A DNA stretch of 64,000 bases, taken from a bacterium. Lineage in GTDB: Bacteria; SM23-31. The notes under the pieces are model-generated. The model made no database searches. It worked only from the letters and a program-made list of their open reading frames with translations, and was not told where the DNA came from. The number at the start of each line of letters is the position of its first letter. The stretch's first letter is position 1. The stretch covers positions 384,001 to 448,000 of the forward strand of contig OZ252239.1 of assembly GCA_965249485.1 (NCBI GenBank), given 5' to 3'. Made by a program: the position numbers and the translations under genes. Positions 62,350 through 64,000 of this stretch are shown one piece after another.

Positions 62350-63510
62350 ATGAAATCAGGCAGACATTTTCTTCAGATTCCGGGGCCATCCAATATTCCC
62401 GACCGCATTTTACGAGCGATCGACCAACCGATTATCGATCATCGTGGTCCCGAGTTTTCCAAAATGACAAAACGAATTCTTCAACAGTTCGGGACACTTT
62501 TCCAATGTTCGGGCCCGGTGGTTATCTACCCTTCTTCTGCATCGGGTGCATGGGAAGCCGCACTGGTGAATATTCTCTCACCGGGTGACCGGGTGCTCAT
62601 GTATGAGACAGGGCATTTTGCATCGCAGTGGCAGAATATCGCCTTGAAACTTGGGCTTGAGGTCGATTTTATTCCCGGTGACTGGCGGCGGGGTGTTGAA
62701 GCTGAGAAGATTGAGCACAAATTGTCAGAAGATTCACAGCACGTCGTTAAGGCTGTCGTTGTTGTCCATAATGAAACATCGACCGGAGCAGTCAGTAACA
62801 TTGCAGCGATCCGGAACGCAATAGACCGGGCAGGGCACCCTGCACTTTTTCTGGTTGACGCAGTTTCATCTCTCGGATCGATGGAATTCCGGCATGATGA
62901 CTGGGGTGTCGATGTAACGGTATGCGGATCACAGAAAGGGTTGATGATGCCACCGGGTCTCGGGTTTAATGCACTCAGTGAAAAAGCGCATGTCGCTGCG
63001 CAGAACGGTGGATATCAGCAGTCATACTGGACATGGGATCCTATTGTTACCATGAATGAAAAGGGATTTTTTCCCTATACGCCGGCAACAAATCTTCTTT
63101 TCGGTCTGGAAGAATCACTGACTATGCTCTTCGAAGAGGGTATGGAAAATGTCATTGGACGACACGAAAGACATGCAGCTGCGACAAGACAAGCCGTAGA
63201 AACATGGGGCCTTGATCTCCAATGTGTTAATCAGGATGAGCATTCCAGTACTTTGACGGCTGTCTGCATGCCGGATGGGTACGATGCCGATGAATTGCGC
63301 AAAATCATACTTGATAGATTTGACATGTCTCTCGGAACGGGTTTGGGTAAAGTCAAAGGGAAGGTATTCAGAATCGGCCATCTCGGTGATTTTAATGACC
63401 TCATGTTAGCAGGAACGTTGTGCGGTGTCGAAATGGGACTGAAAATTGCAGGCATTCCCCACGAATCCGGAGGCGTGAATGCTGCCTTAGAATTACTTGC
63501 GCAACAGTAA
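62350..63510 (+). CDS. serine/alanine-glyoxylate aminotransferase (class V)
   Basis: GRHFLQIPGPSN, DHRGPEF, VHNETSTG, DAVSS, GSQKGLMMPPG, FPYTP, FRIGHLG. Confidence 0.9.
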   Translation: MKSGRHFLQIPGPSNIPDRILRAIDQPIIDHRGPEFSKMTKRILQQFGTLFQCSGPVVIYPSSASGAWEAALVNILSPGDRVLMYETGHFASQWQNIALKLGLEVDFIPGDWRRGVEAEKIEHKLSEDSQHVVKAVVVVHNETSTGAVSNIAAIRNAIDRAGHPALFLVDAVSSLGSMEFRHDDWGVDVTVCGSQKGLMMPPGLGFNALSEKAHVAAQNGGYQQSYWTWDPIVTMNEKGFFPYTPATNLLFGLEESLTMLFEEGMENVIGRHERHAAATRQAVETWGLDLQCVNQDEHSSTLTAVCMPDGYDADELRKIILDRFDMSLGTGLGKVKGKVFRIGHLGDFNDLMLAGTLCGVEMGLKIAGIPHESGGVNAALELLAQQ

Positions 63511-63605
63511 TCACACAATATTTTTAACACCCAATTATTCAAATCAAGCCAAAAAAGCAGCATGCTCTACTATTTTGCACTGCTGCAGTATTAATAGAGG
63601 AACTT

Positions 63606-64000
63606 ATGGACCCTGCTTCAGCAGTCACCACAAATCCATACTTAGCATTGACAGGTTTTGCAATCCTGATTGGTCTTCTCCTGTTTCTCATAGCCCACTG
63701 GAAATGGCATGTCTTTTTTGCGCTTTTGATCCCCTTGATCCTATTTGGTATTGTTCCGGGAATTAAACAAAATAATTTCATTGCTGCATTTGAATCGGGT
63801 TTCGGTAAAACACTCGGCAGTATCGGTGTAGTCATAGTCCTCGGTTCAATCATTGCCGAAGCGCTCAAGCACACGGGAGCTATTCAGGTTATCACAAAAT
63901 CGATGATTAACCTTGTTGGTACGAAGCGGATGCCACTTGCCTTAACATTGACCGGATATATACTCGGTATTGCAATTTTTTCTGATGTAGCTTACGTGAT
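63606..64000 (+). CDS. GntP family permease, runs off window end
   Basis: Manual translation: K.HVFFALL, GFGKTLGSIG.VI.LG.II...L..TGA, GYILGIAIFSDVAYV. Confidence 0.85.
   Translation, partial: MDPASAVTTNPYLALTGFAILIGLLLFLIAHWKWHVFFALLIPLILFGIVPGIKQNNFIAAFESGFGKTLGSIGVVIVLGSIIAEALKHTGAIQVITKSMINLVGTKRMPLALTLTGYILGIAIFSDVAYV

Noticed and set aside
1010..63874. Many overlapping or antisense ORFs in the track (e.g. 1010-1891, 8417-9163, 16585-17085, 33196-33504, 60960-61565, 63539-63874)
   Set aside because: Shadows of well-supported genes, with no recognisable motifs.

Overview
Bacterial chromosomal window with a mid-GC core and several AT-rich accessory tracts. The gene content (NamZ, GlmU-like nucleotidyltransferase, Gld-type ABC system, many exported peptidases) suggests an FCB-group-like peptide-degrading heterotroph, which is inference only. 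1-20 kb is mostly housekeeping and catabolic genes, plus a decayed patch at 9.7-12.1 kb. A complete tmRNA (ssrA, 20504-20855, tag ADDSYALAA) is followed by a ~3.3 kb integrase-less islet. The islet ends in a 15-bp duplication of the ssrA 3' end (24154-24168), has paired 11-bp-period arm-type repeats at both ends, and carries a DUF4212/sodium:solute symporter pair bracketed by its own 39-bp direct repeat. At 31.07-33.7 kb a tRNA-Leu-like 3' remnant starts an array of four related ~90-bp elements separating single-gene units (pseudo-csp, TolB-like gene, intact csp). Three tandem exported M24-fold paralogs appear to lack two of the five metal ligands. The best candidate for an undescribed system is an AT-rich island (41.8-55.8 kb) encoding MaoC dehydratase, a PhpK-like B12 radical SAM methylase, FkbH, ACP and MBOAT/SGNH, next to glycan-tailoring genes. 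It may build a methylated glycerate-derived acyl group on ACP and transfer it to a surface polymer. About a dozen genes carry in-frame stops, frameshifts or truncations, reflecting real decay and/or assembly error. All family calls come from motif recognition by eye; no database searches were run.
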